Assembly (NCBI GenBank): GCA_051003195.1
Contig: JBPCLP010000021.1
Location: forward strand, 192,001 to 256,000
Source: Candidatus Sumerlaeaceae bacterium
GTDB taxonomy: Bacteria; Sumerlaeota; Sumerlaeia; Sumerlaeales; Sumerlaeaceae
Direction of reading: 5' to 3'
DNA: 64,000 nt
Shown piece after piece: positions 1-10,005 of the stretch (the stretch's first letter is position 1; each line of letters opens with the position of its first letter). Made by a program: the position numbers and the translations under genes. The notes beneath the pieces are model-generated. The model was not told where the DNA came from. It did no database searches and was given only the letters and a program-made list of their open reading frames with translations.

Positions 1-498
1 AACAAGCCGCCCGTGCGCCACGACAACTGGAACAGCGCAGCGCCACCGCTTTTTTATCCTGCCATCAACGACAAGATTTTCGACCCCGCAGTGCCGGCGG
101 CATCCGTCGGCATGCACACAATTACCACGCCAATAGCCTATTTGACCAGTTTGCCTCCGGACATATTTAACCTGCCTGTAAAAGCGCTTATTGCCCCGGA
201 AAATGGGATTTCCGACGCCCTTGACTACTGGGATCCGGTCCAGGCGGACGCTTTTGTAACCTTCTGCCGGAGCCCGGGCAGTGGGAAAAGGCAGGGCATA
301 GCCAAAGGCTGGATGCTCGTCTCAGTCGGGCCGGACCAGTTTCTTGGCCTCCTTCCAGTGAACGGCTATCCATCCTCTATACCAACTTCAAACCAGTTTC
401 GACTGCTGTATGACTCCACAAATGGCACGATTTCCGTCGGTAATATCGTGCGTAGTGCCGGCGATCTTTCGCAGGCGGAATTTTTCCTTGGTGGCTGA
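1..498 (+). CDS. C-terminal part of a prepilin-like protein (YDxTNGTxSxG family), 5'-truncated by the window edge
   Basis: Frame is open from base 1. ITTPIAYLTSLPPDIF, WMLVSVGPD and YDSTNGTISVGNIVR match the complete prepilin at 36030-36743 (LTTPISYITSLPQDPF, WFLISQGP, YDTTNGTVSAGLVVR). Confidence 0.8.
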   Translation, partial: NKPPVRHDNWNSAAPPLFYPAINDKIFDPAVPAASVGMHTITTPIAYLTSLPPDIFNLPVKALIAPENGISDALDYWDPVQADAFVTFCRSPGSGKRQGIAKGWMLVSVGPDQFLGLLPVNGYPSSIPTSNQFRLLYDSTNGTISVGNIVRSAGDLSQAEFFLGG

Positions 499-631
499 CC
501 GCATGACACTGTCAACTTCGGCACCTGCCCGTGCGTCTAATCTGCAGGGAGGCTTGAACATTTTGAACTTTGGAAGGATTCTTCTTAGCCTTTGTTATAT
601 AAGGAAAGCGATTCTCAAACAGGTGATCCAG

Positions 632-1447
632 ATGAGTGTTTGTCTAAAATATTGTAAAATGGCCATTTACATGTTGTTTTGTATGGCTTTTACGGCTTCC
701 GGGTTTGCCCTCACAAAAGTGGGTAAAACCGAACTGAGCCTTGAGGCCCTCACAAAGCAAAGCGACGAGATTGTAATTGGCAAGGTTAAGAGCAAATCCA
801 CGCATGTGGTAGGCAGGCATATTGAGACCGACTACGAAGTGGATGTTGTTGAGTCGCTGAAGGGTACAAGTCGCGTCGGATCGCAGGTAGAAATGACGGT
901 TATTGGCGGCGCATTGACCTCTCCACCGCTCACGCAATTCGTCGAAGCTCAGCCGCTAATGATAAGAGGCGAAGATGTTGCCCTGTTCCTGCGCACCAGC
1001 CCTCCGAAATTAACGAAACATCAGACAAGCAGGCTTAGCGAGGTGGATGCAAAATCGAAGCTACTCAGGACGCCGCGCGTTGTCGGCATGAACCAGGGTA
1101 AATTCTCAATCATTACCGACAAGCAAGGTCGGCGCAAAGTAACTAAGATCAACCTTGAGGAACGTGGCATCATGCCCGAAGACACCGTTCTCAGCAAAAC
1201 GCTCTCAGCAATTGGAAGTGGGCGGATCAGGACAACGGCGCGGCCAGTTGTTCCTGCCAGTGCTCCATCCACAAGCACGGACGATAAACGCGATCCGCTG
1301 GAACGCACCAACACCGACGCTAAGAAACTGAAGCGGGGACTCAATTCGGAGCAGACACTTCATAGCGTAGACAGCAGCGGGCCGATACCTGTGCAGGACT
1401 TTGACGAATTCCGGCAGCAGATCAAATCGTTTACGCAGCAGCCATGA
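632..1447 (+). CDS. Exported hypothetical protein, likely partner of the downstream matrixin-like protease
   Basis: ATG at 632 after AGGTGA; hydrophobic signal-like N-terminus; LEALTKQSDEIVIGKV...VIGG motif; stop overlaps the next ATG (ATGA). Confidence 0.7.
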   Translation: MSVCLKYCKMAIYMLFCMAFTASGFALTKVGKTELSLEALTKQSDEIVIGKVKSKSTHVVGRHIETDYEVDVVESLKGTSRVGSQVEMTVIGGALTSPPLTQFVEAQPLMIRGEDVALFLRTSPPKLTKHQTSRLSEVDAKSKLLRTPRVVGMNQGKFSIITDKQGRRKVTKINLEERGIMPEDTVLSKTLSAIGSGRIRTTARPVVPASAPSTSTDDKRDPLERTNTDAKKLKRGLNSEQTLHSVDSSGPIPVQDFDEFRQQIKSFTQQP

Positions 1448-4400
1448 AGCAGAGTACACTTCCAGGCCCGGCACAACCGGGCGAACCCTCGTTACTAGGA
1501 AGCGAATTGGGAACCAGGCATATGATTTTATTTAGGAACTTATTGCTCGCTCTTGCAGCGTTGCTTTTTTCCGGAACGGCGTTTTCGGCGGGAAGCTTCC
1601 GTTATATGAAGCCGGACCCCGGCCCGCGCGGCGACACTTTTACCGACGATGAACTCATTGCTAAACGACTGCGCTGGCCTAGTGCCCAGTCGCCTATCTG
1701 GACCGTCTACAGGGATTATTCGCAGATTGATCCGTTAACCAACGAACGCGGAGTCATCGTGCCCGGTTTCAACCAGGATCCGTTCTTCCCTCCGTACACC
1801 CAGGGGCGCGTGATGGAGGTGATTAACAATTCCATTTCCGAGTGGAATGACGCAGGGTCTAATTTTAACTGGAGCAGCAGTGTTGTGCCCAGCGATTTCT
1901 GGTCCGGCTTTGAGCCAACCCTGCCTCGGGGTCCGGAATTGTGGGCCGATCTCGACGGATTTAACCTGATCACTTTTCAAGATCCGCTCACCGTCATTGA
2001 ACCACCCACCGAGGACGGCGCCATTCTTGGAATTAACAGCATCTTTTTCTTCAACCAGGATGTGGACCTCAGTGACATCAATAATCTGCCTGGCTTTGTG
2101 GCGAGCGTCTATTTTACGGAGTTTTTGTCAGCTTCGCTCGGTATCTTTATTACGCCCGAAGACATTATACGGCTCCGGCTGACTCAGCAGTTCTATTCCG
2201 CTGGCAGTATCATCGACAGCGACATCATTTTCAATCAAAACCTGTTTTACAGAATCGCTCCCGAAGATCCACCGGACGATCCGGCGGAACGTGAGCGGTG
2301 GAATGGCTTCAACGATTTCATTCCGTTTATTACGGATATCGAGGCCGTGTGTACGCATGAAATGGGGCATGCTGCCGGTCTCGCGCATAGCCAGCTCTCG
2401 ATGCCAACCATGGCGCCTTTCTACAATGAAGACATCTGGCACGGCCGAAACCTGGACTTTGATGACAAACTCTCCATCAAAATGGCTTATCAGCCACTGT
2501 TCAGCCGGCTCGGCAAGGGGGCGATCACAGGCCGGGTGCTGAACGGAGACGCCTTTGATGGCGTTATTGATGAGACATTCGATATCTTTGATTTTATAAC
2601 TGATATCGAAAACACTCCCGTTTTCATTGGCCGACCAACCGCAGACGAGTATTTCGGGTTTGATGATATTTCGGGCGTGGATGAAATCACCAGCCAGGTA
2701 AACAGGCTCCGGATGTTTGCAGTGGTGCATAACAGTCAAAAATTCCGGATTGGATTGGGCTTCAACGCTGTGTCCCAGCCTGACAGCCGATATTTCATAC
2801 CCGGTCTGCCCAGTTCCCTGGAAGAATTGAAGCGCGGGGACGGGGAATTTCTGCCGCCCAACGGGTATGCATTGTACGTCCAACCGGGGTTTGTAGTGGA
2901 TGAGGTCACTGCGTTTTTCTCACCTATTCCCGAGCTGATTCCGCCTGAATTTTATGGTGGAACATTTGCGACTAACAGCTATTTCCAGCCGGGTTTCGGC
3001 TCGGTCGACGATCCGAACACGCCGGGCGATCTCCAGGTGCAGGATAACTGGCTGCAATTTGCTTTCAACCAACTGGGTCAGTTCTCCCTGGCTCTTGCAC
3101 AGTCGACGTTTTCGCTGATTGACGATTTCCCCCAGTTTCCGACGCAGTCGTATCTGACTTACCGTATTATTAAAAACGGCGTGACGACAGACGTACCCAA
3201 TTTTCAGTCGAACAATATCGTCACGTCCGGCATGGTTGAAAATGACCTGGCAAATTCGGCTGAGGGTGTTTCCACTATAGCGGACTCAATTGTTTCGACT
3301 GAAACAATTGAGCTGGGCCGCTTCCGCGCCGACGGTCTCAGCACCAGTAGCGCGAGCGATATGCGCATCACGGTACGCATGCAGAACGTGACCTCCAGTA
3401 CGATCCAGGCGGGACTACGGTTCCTCATTCGTCCGGTCGTGCAAGGCCAGAACGTTCACTTCTTTATCAACGGACAGGAATACGACCGTGAGGCTGTACT
3501 TACAGGAGGGGCTATTCCCGCTAGCTTTCTATACGCACCGAACGAAAACTCCGAGCTTTCCGGTCTGGCTACGTTGTCAAACCCTGCCGGTTTCATCACG
3601 ACACCCGATAAGCTGATCTTCGCCGACTTTACACAGATCAGCGCTTTTAACCAGTCCAACGGGAACTTCTTCAACTACGTACCTGATAATCGTGAACTGA
3701 CCAATTCCGCGTATGCGGTAGTGTTTAACCCACGCACGCTGCTGCCGGGTGCGATCGTAACCTTCAGCACGGATGTCGGCTATGTGCGCTCCAATTCGTC
3801 GCCGGTGTTTGACGGGCCTATCGCAGGTCCGCTCGACGGTGTCCCCGGTGCAGATGATCCGTTCATCTACTACCCGGTTGATGTAACGACGAACTCAGTT
3901 ACGACAGGTATTGATATCCTGACGAATACCGGTACGCCGGGCGGGCTAAGCGCAGGACCTACCACTCCTGGTGGTGGCGGCGGCGGTACCAATCCTTTAG
4001 GTGATGCCGATAACGACAGCATCATCAACATCCTCGACAACTGCGTGTTTGTCCCGAATACCAATCAGTTGGATATCGACAACGACGCTGTTGGAGACGT
4101 GTGCGATCAGGATTTCGTAACCTTCACGGATATTTCGCCGATAGCGCCGGGTTCCGATCGCAAAGATGCCATTCCAAATCAGCCGCTCTACACACTGGGA
4201 GCAACATTCGGCGATCTGAATAACGATGGCTTCCCCGAGCTCGCGCTGGCGAACGGATTGCCCATTGTCCAGACGGGTGCGCCCGTCAATCGTCTGTACC
4301 TCAATATTGCCAGTCCTTCCGCAAATGAGCCCGGTGGACGGCGTTATGTCGATGTCACGTTTGGTGTCGACGGAATTGCGGACACGCTGGATGACCGCAT

Positions 4401-7400
4401 GCCATACCTGTCGGTATCGAGTAAAGACATCCGCCTTGCGGATTTCGATAATGACGGCGATCTGGATATGTTTATCTCGAATTTTGAGACAAACGAGAAT
4501 CCAACCATTGGCGCAGGTGCGCAGAATTTCTTCTTCGAGAACATCGACGTCGATGACTCAACACTGAACCCCAGCCCGGACGCGGATTCATTCGGTGACG
4601 CGTTCTTTGTGGATGCGACGAACCGCTGGGATCCGGGAATTCTCAACTTCGGCCCAAATGTACCGTATCCACATGTCTACCTGGTAGGGAATTATTTTGG
4701 ATCTGTAACGGGTTTCGACGTAAGCACTCATTCGGATGTCGGCGACATCGACTGTGACGGCGATATTGACGTGGTCGTCAGCAACGCGAACGCGTTCAAC
4801 GACATTATACCCTCAGCGGGCATAAACACGCAGGAGGGAACAGACCCTGGAACTCCGATATTCCTCGGCGGCCTGCGGTTCAGCGAGCGTGTTTTAATCA
4901 ACCATACGCGTGAACCCGCAAACCCGGATTTTGGGCCGGTACCCCCAGGCTTCCCTTACCGTTTCCGTGATGAAACGCTGGGTGAGGACCAGGTATTTGG
5001 AGAAGCACAGGACAGAATGCCGCCCCTCAAGCCGGAGTGGGCAACCGTCTCCGATACCAATGCTTTTGATGAGGTGGACTACAGCAATACGCAGCAAGTG
5101 AAGCTAAGTCACTTTTTTAACTCCAATGCGCTTTCCATAAACGTCTTCGATAAGCGCAATCCCAACATCGTATCCAACGGAGATGAGTTGCCGGCGGGTT
5201 TCCCTTCGCCCACAAACACCTGGGATGGGGATGACCTGTCGTACATAAACTTTGATAATAATGGCGACGGTGTGCCCGATGGAATTTTCGGGTGTTTTCA
5301 GTACGGTTTTGAGTCCTGGCTCGCTGCCGACGATGGAACAATTCTAAACATCGGAATTCCACAGGGACTGCCTGGTGATGCCCCCGGTGCAGAGACGGAC
5401 GAAAAGGCTGTAGAGAATGATTCAAGCATCAGCGGGCTCGTACTGGATGCGGATTATACAGGTTGGAACGAGATGGTTTCGTTTAACACGACGTCCAATG
5501 CGAATCACAATGTATTTACAAATCGCAACGGCTATTCTGAAGCGGATCGGGGACGGATCGGATCGCTCGCGGCCTTCGGTGGGGGCGCCCGGGCAGCCAT
5601 CGATTATTTCCTGTTTCCAGGTTCTGTCGATGTAACTCGACGCCGCGAACAGTACGCGCTTACTCATTTTGGTCGTCCAAGGGACGCTCTGACTGACGAT
5701 CTGAATTCGGACGGACTGCCGGATATTGGTGTCGCTAACGACAGTGTCACTACAGCAGACATAATCAATCTTGATGTGCCGCCCGGCAATAAGACCTTTT
5801 ACATCAACCAGGATTATCTTGCCCCCCAGGGGGGCCACACCGGCTGGCTCGAAGTAAATGGTAACGGTCCTGTGGGTCGGTCGCTCATAACCAATGAACT
5901 ACACACGTATGCACTTTCCTTCGCGGCCGCAGACTTCGACCTGGACGGCGACATCGATCTGTTTTCCGGCACAGCAGGCACTGTCGGAAATTTCTATCGG
6001 AATAACCAGCGGACTGCCGGTAGAGGTGTGACGCTGCCGTCGGTCGGTTCGACTGCCAGCGTCTATGATGCTCCGCTCTTTATCGACCAGTCGTATGAAC
6101 TGCTGCCACCCTATTTCGGGTTGGCCTTTGATCCAGTTACCGGATCACAGCCAATTGCGAACATGACGTTTGGTACCGCCTTGGGAGATATGGACCGCGA
6201 CGGAGACCTGGACCTTGTGTTCGCCAACGGCGGCATCTTCCATCCGGTTGGCGAATATCAGATGGTTTTTAAGAACAATAGTAAGCCGTTGAACCCAGGC
6301 GAGCACGTATTCACACCAGCTGGATCACCTTATACAGCACCCTATCTCCAGTCGAATCCTGGCAATGCACCGTGGTTGAACAATGTGGCATACCGGGCAT
6401 ATGATGTGAAGTTTACGGATTTGAATGACGATGGCAGCCCTGACATTTTCTTCTCTGTAAATGGTGCTTCATCCCGACTCTACATCAACGTAGATTCGGA
6501 CGATAACACCCGTAACTCTGCGGTTGACGCCGACAGCGTTCCAGATGGTCTTTTTGTAGAGCAGGATCGCCTGCCTGGTATCAGCGATCCGCGCAGGCTG
6601 AATGGCCGGCGTTCCGCCATCGGCGACATTAATGGTGATGGACACCCGGACATCGTCATAGCGAATGCAGATAATCGCGATGGCGCTCCAAACCTTGTTT
6701 TGATTAACAGAATTGGGGCCTTCGGCTGGGGCTACTTTAATTCGGAAGAGGATACCCGTATTCCCCAGGTGTCGTACTCACCTTCCGGCCAGGGACAGGT
6801 TCTGGACGATACTGTGGACGTGGCACTGGTGGACGTGGACAACGATGGAGATCTCGATATCATATTCGTGAATCGCGCCAGCTTGTCAGAAACCGTTTCG
6901 CCGAACTTTTACCCGTATTGTCGCCTCTTAATAAACAACGGTTCGGGGATCTTCTCAGAGGTTACTGACGCAGGTCACGCGGGCATGTTCGTGGATCCTT
7001 CCCGCAGAATTATTGCACCTGAGCGCTGGCCGATGATCACCCGTCCTGGCAAATGGGAAGGCATCGTGGTCGCTGACTTTGGAAACCGCGGTGAAGCAGG
7101 GGAGGATGTGAATGGCAACTCCGTGTTCCCATACAAAGTTATCGAAGAGACGGAAGATCGCAACCGGAATGGCTTTGTGGACTTCACAGATACTGGTTCC
7201 GCCGGCAGCGGCGGTGCGGGCTCTGAGAATGGACGTCGTGACGTAAGCTTCGACCTGTTCTTCTGCAATGGGGACAGTGCGTCCAGCAGCGTACTCCTGA
7301 TGAACGGCGGCGCTGCGGGTGCTTTTGGAAATGGTACGTTCACTGAGGAGACTGCATCTCGCTTTGCCGTCAACATTCCGTTCCCATGTTTCGGTGGCGA

Positions 7401-8187
7401 CGCAGGAGATGTGAATGCGGATGGCCTGCAGGATCTCGTGCTGGCACTGGACACATCGTCAAATGTGACGGGCGGTGGTAATCCTCCAGCAGCGAAAATC
7501 CCGATTTCGCTGCTGCTGAACACTGCCGCGTCAGGAACATCGACCAACGCAGGGTTCTTTGTCGACGTAACTGGTTACGACGGTGTTACCTCCGCCGGTC
7601 AATTTGCCGCATCCGGCGAGCTGCCTTATTTGAAAGTGCAGTTCCCACCACCTGGTTCTGAGGGCAACCTCATTGCTGGAAACTGCCGATCGGTGAAATT
7701 GGGTGACGTGGACACCGACGGCGACCTGGACATCATTATCGGCCAGGCAGGGCGCGGCAGTATCGCCACTGCCGGTTACATGAACCACATTCTGCTGAAC
7801 ATGATAAACCCGGCGAATTTCGCATCGCGTGACGTTCTGTCGGTCCGTGATCCTGGCGGCCCCATCCTGCGTAGTGTTGCGCCGGCAATGGCTGCACAGG
7901 GGCAGATTCTGACCGTTCTGCTGCGCGGCGACAACTTTGCGGGCAGGCCGCAGGTGGATTTTGGAGCCGGCATAACCGTACTTGAAACCAGCGCGCTGCC
8001 GATAATCAGCGACAGCATGACGGTACGCATCAGGGTGGCAGCAAATGCGCAAACCGGTAGCCGCGTTATCAAGGTGACCAATCCGGATGGCGAGTACACG
8101 TACAGCAGCAACAAGGCGTTCCAGGTAATCGACGCCAGCCTGATGGAAGTTACCGCCGTGCAAGAGGACTGGCAGCTTTATCAGTAA
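1444..8187 (+). CDS. Giant secreted matrixin-like zinc metalloprotease with TSP3 and FG-GAP/VCBS Ca-binding repeats, a C-terminal Ig-like domain and a DW..Y tail
   Basis: HEMGHAAGLAHS metzincin motif with Met-turn PTMAPF; DADNDSIINILDNC..DIDNDAVGDVCD (TSP3); many DxDxDGDxD repeats; ends TAVQEDWQLYQ. Alternative start at 1522. Confidence 0.85.
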   Translation: MKQSTLPGPAQPGEPSLLGSELGTRHMILFRNLLLALAALLFSGTAFSAGSFRYMKPDPGPRGDTFTDDELIAKRLRWPSAQSPIWTVYRDYSQIDPLTNERGVIVPGFNQDPFFPPYTQGRVMEVINNSISEWNDAGSNFNWSSSVVPSDFWSGFEPTLPRGPELWADLDGFNLITFQDPLTVIEPPTEDGAILGINSIFFFNQDVDLSDINNLPGFVASVYFTEFLSASLGIFITPEDIIRLRLTQQFYSAGSIIDSDIIFNQNLFYRIAPEDPPDDPAERERWNGFNDFIPFITDIEAVCTHEMGHAAGLAHSQLSMPTMAPFYNEDIWHGRNLDFDDKLSIKMAYQPLFSRLGKGAITGRVLNGDAFDGVIDETFDIFDFITDIENTPVFIGRPTADEYFGFDDISGVDEITSQVNRLRMFAVVHNSQKFRIGLGFNAVSQPDSRYFIPGLPSSLEELKRGDGEFLPPNGYALYVQPGFVVDEVTAFFSPIPELIPPEFYGGTFATNSYFQPGFGSVDDPNTPGDLQVQDNWLQFAFNQLGQFSLALAQSTFSLIDDFPQFPTQSYLTYRIIKNGVTTDVPNFQSNNIVTSGMVENDLANSAEGVSTIADSIVSTETIELGRFRADGLSTSSASDMRITVRMQNVTSSTIQAGLRFLIRPVVQGQNVHFFINGQEYDREAVLTGGAIPASFLYAPNENSELSGLATLSNPAGFITTPDKLIFADFTQISAFNQSNGNFFNYVPDNRELTNSAYAVVFNPRTLLPGAIVTFSTDVGYVRSNSSPVFDGPIAGPLDGVPGADDPFIYYPVDVTTNSVTTGIDILTNTGTPGGLSAGPTTPGGGGGGTNPLGDADNDSIINILDNCVFVPNTNQLDIDNDAVGDVCDQDFVTFTDISPIAPGSDRKDAIPNQPLYTLGATFGDLNNDGFPELALANGLPIVQTGAPVNRLYLNIASPSANEPGGRRYVDVTFGVDGIADTLDDRMPYLSVSSKDIRLADFDNDGDLDMFISNFETNENPTIGAGAQNFFFENIDVDDSTLNPSPDADSFGDAFFVDATNRWDPGILNFGPNVPYPHVYLVGNYFGSVTGFDVSTHSDVGDIDCDGDIDVVVSNANAFNDIIPSAGINTQEGTDPGTPIFLGGLRFSERVLINHTREPANPDFGPVPPGFPYRFRDETLGEDQVFGEAQDRMPPLKPEWATVSDTNAFDEVDYSNTQQVKLSHFFNSNALSINVFDKRNPNIVSNGDELPAGFPSPTNTWDGDDLSYINFDNNGDGVPDGIFGCFQYGFESWLAADDGTILNIGIPQGLPGDAPGAETDEKAVENDSSISGLVLDADYTGWNEMVSFNTTSNANHNVFTNRNGYSEADRGRIGSLAAFGGGARAAIDYFLFPGSVDVTRRREQYALTHFGRPRDALTDDLNSDGLPDIGVANDSVTTADIINLDVPPGNKTFYINQDYLAPQGGHTGWLEVNGNGPVGRSLITNELHTYALSFAAADFDLDGDIDLFSGTAGTVGNFYRNNQRTAGRGVTLPSVGSTASVYDAPLFIDQSYELLPPYFGLAFDPVTGSQPIANMTFGTALGDMDRDGDLDLVFANGGIFHPVGEYQMVFKNNSKPLNPGEHVFTPAGSPYTAPYLQSNPGNAPWLNNVAYRAYDVKFTDLNDDGSPDIFFSVNGASSRLYINVDSDDNTRNSAVDADSVPDGLFVEQDRLPGISDPRRLNGRRSAIGDINGDGHPDIVIANADNRDGAPNLVLINRIGAFGWGYFNSEEDTRIPQVSYSPSGQGQVLDDTVDVALVDVDNDGDLDIIFVNRASLSETVSPNFYPYCRLLINNGSGIFSEVTDAGHAGMFVDPSRRIIAPERWPMITRPGKWEGIVVADFGNRGEAGEDVNGNSVFPYKVIEETEDRNRNGFVDFTDTGSAGSGGAGSENGRRDVSFDLFFCNGDSASSSVLLMNGGAAGAFGNGTFTEETASRFAVNIPFPCFGGDAGDVNADGLQDLVLALDTSSNVTGGGNPPAAKIPISLLLNTAASGTSTNAGFFVDVTGYDGVTSAGQFAASGELPYLKVQFPPPGSEGNLIAGNCRSVKLGDVDTDGDLDIIIGQAGRGSIATAGYMNHILLNMINPANFASRDVLSVRDPGGPILRSVAPAMAAQGQILTVLLRGDNFAGRPQVDFGAGITVLETSALPIISDSMTVRIRVAANAQTGSRVIKVTNPDGEYTYSSNKAFQVIDASLMEVTAVQEDWQLYQ

Positions 8188-8217
8188 CTTCTAAATCGAA
8201 ATTGAATGAGCGTAATC

Positions 8218-8247
8218 GAGCGGGCCCAACCGGGCCCGCTCTTTTTT
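8218..8247 (+). terminator. Rho-independent terminator
   Basis: GAGCGGGCCC-aacc-GGGCCCGCTC followed by T6, 30 nt after the stop. Confidence 0.85.
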
Positions 8248-8287
8248 ACACCTGCTCGCTCACATTCGCGACTGTCTGTTTACGTCC

Positions 8288-8735
8288 CAGTGTGCCGAAT
8301 TAGTAATTCATTACCAGTTTGAGTGCGTAAGATGGGCTCGGTTCGGCACACAGAACCTAATTACGAACTAAAGGTAGACCACACCTGTGTGCTGTTCCTG
8401 AAATTCGCAGGAGAATTCCGTCGGAATCTTTTTGCACCGAAGGTGCAGCGGAACACAGCCCAAGGTCAGGATTCTGGCTTTTTGGAATCCGCAACCCTTC
8501 AGGTTTTTTGCACCGAAGGTGCAGCGCAACACAGCCCAAAGTCAGGATTCTGGCTTTTTGGAATCCGCAGCCCTCAAGTTTTTTGCACCGAAGGTGCAGC
8601 GGAACACAGCCCAGGGAAAGGAGGCCACGGCTTTTTGTGGCCGACGCAGCCCTGGGTTACAGCATCCCATTGTTCGCGCCCTGAAGGGGCGCCGCAAACC
8701 GAAAACGAGCTACGAATCACTGGTCCACCAGACTA
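8288..8735. mobile_element. Composite non-autonomous repeat element (MITE-like modules plus REP-like palindromes), copy 1
   Basis: Shares modules with 19506-19982 and 35650-35970; three internal copies of TTTTGCACCGAAGGTGCAGCG; no transposase. Confidence 0.75.
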
Positions 8736-9857
8736 GTAAAAGTTCCAGTCCCCAACTGCGCTTACAGCCGAAGGGCGAATCACCAGCAGGTTGCTGAATC
8801 CGCTGAATGAAGAGTCGAGCCCTCCGACAAAAAGCCGCGCCGGGTTCGACGTCGCGCCGGGTGCAAAGCTCTTTGTCGCGTCATCGAAACGCAGCGTCGA
8901 CAGGTACGACGCATTCGTCGTAGTGAAAGGGGAGGGTGAGCCGGTCCCCGTCAGCAGGTTCGCCGGCAACTGCAAGCTGTAAATCTTCGCGTCAGGAACA
9001 CCGAAGCCGCTGCCGTTGCCGCCAAAGAAAACCGTTCCACCTTGCGACACCGCCAGGTCCGCAATACCCGAAGGTATCGCCGCTGTGTCCACCAGTACGT
9101 GGCTTTCTCCGGCATCTATGTCAGAATCGGAGTTCGAGTTTACGAGGCCGTAGATACGCCCATCTGGAAACACCGACTCGCCAACGATGAGGTTTCCGGA
9201 ATTGTCGAATGCAACCCCCCCATTGTAGGAGAGGCCGCTGAAATACGATGCGCCGGGCGGACGAAATATCGGGCTGACACTGGTCGGATTGTCGACCACG
9301 AGAAGTTCCGCGCTGGTGCCGCCGTCCGCCGTCTGGATGACAAGCGATCCCGCTGGCATGGCCGAAGCATTACCCGGCGGTGCGATCGTCATCTGCGCTC
9401 CCGTAAAACCGAATCCGCTGTCGGCCAGTATCGGCGCGATCAGCAGCGTTATCTCGGATGGGTCCAGAAAATCACCGTCTGCATTCAGATCGCGTGCGCG
9501 GTAGATGCTCTGGCTCGTTCCATTTTCGGTCAGCGCGAGATCGCCATTACTCAATACGGCCATGCCGCCGACACTGCCGAATCCCACGGCAACCGTGGCT
9601 GTCGTGCCCGCAAGAGTATCGACCTTTAGAATGGACTGGCTGCCAAAAAACCCCACGGAAGCATACAACCGATTGGGAACATTCGAGTCGACGGCAAGAG
9701 CTCCGGCATAGGGTTGCCCAAGCTGTACAGAAGCCGATGTGTAGCCGGCAGGCAGTGAAAGCACTGTGACCGCTGCCGATTGAAGCGAGCTGCACATTAT
9801 GCAGCCGAGAAGTACACCAGCGACATGAAGTCGCCAGACGTGTTTAATCGTGAACAT
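8733..9857 (-). CDS. Secreted beta-rich (propeller-like) protein with DW..Y tail, downstream of a cobalamin riboswitch
   Basis: ATG at 9857 after AAGGA; signal peptide; repeats such as GGMAVLSNGDLAL, GGVAFDNSGNLIV and DLAVSQGGTVFF; DLNADGD loop; ends SAVGDWNFY. Confidence 0.8.
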   Translation of the reverse strand: MFTIKHVWRLHVAGVLLGCIMCSSLQSAAVTVLSLPAGYTSASVQLGQPYAGALAVDSNVPNRLYASVGFFGSQSILKVDTLAGTTATVAVGFGSVGGMAVLSNGDLALTENGTSQSIYRARDLNADGDFLDPSEITLLIAPILADSGFGFTGAQMTIAPPGNASAMPAGSLVIQTADGGTSAELLVVDNPTSVSPIFRPPGASYFSGLSYNGGVAFDNSGNLIVGESVFPDGRIYGLVNSNSDSDIDAGESHVLVDTAAIPSGIADLAVSQGGTVFFGGNGSGFGVPDAKIYSLQLPANLLTGTGSPSPFTTTNASYLSTLRFDDATKSFAPGATSNPARLFVGGLDSSFSGFSNLLVIRPSAVSAVGDWNFY

Positions 9858-10005
9858 GATTGATCCTTTAGTGACCTGCTCCGAGGTCAGAATGAGTGAC
9901 ACCTTCCCCTGGAACCAGGGCGACGCGTCGGCGCGAAGTGGCTGCTCCGCGCGCAGCAGCTGTTTTATCCTCCTCCCGCAGCCCAGGGTCGGCCGCGTCA
10001 AAATG

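Noticed and set aside
8429..8612. Three regularly spaced repeats resembling a CRISPR array
   Set aside because: The intervening sequences are near-identical rather than unique spacers, there are no cas genes, and the unit recurs as a dispersed repeat.
8323..8797. ORFs within repeat elements (also 19649-19926, 35697-36001, 28602-28925)
   Set aside because: Translations of the repeat DNA; no RBS or protein-family features.
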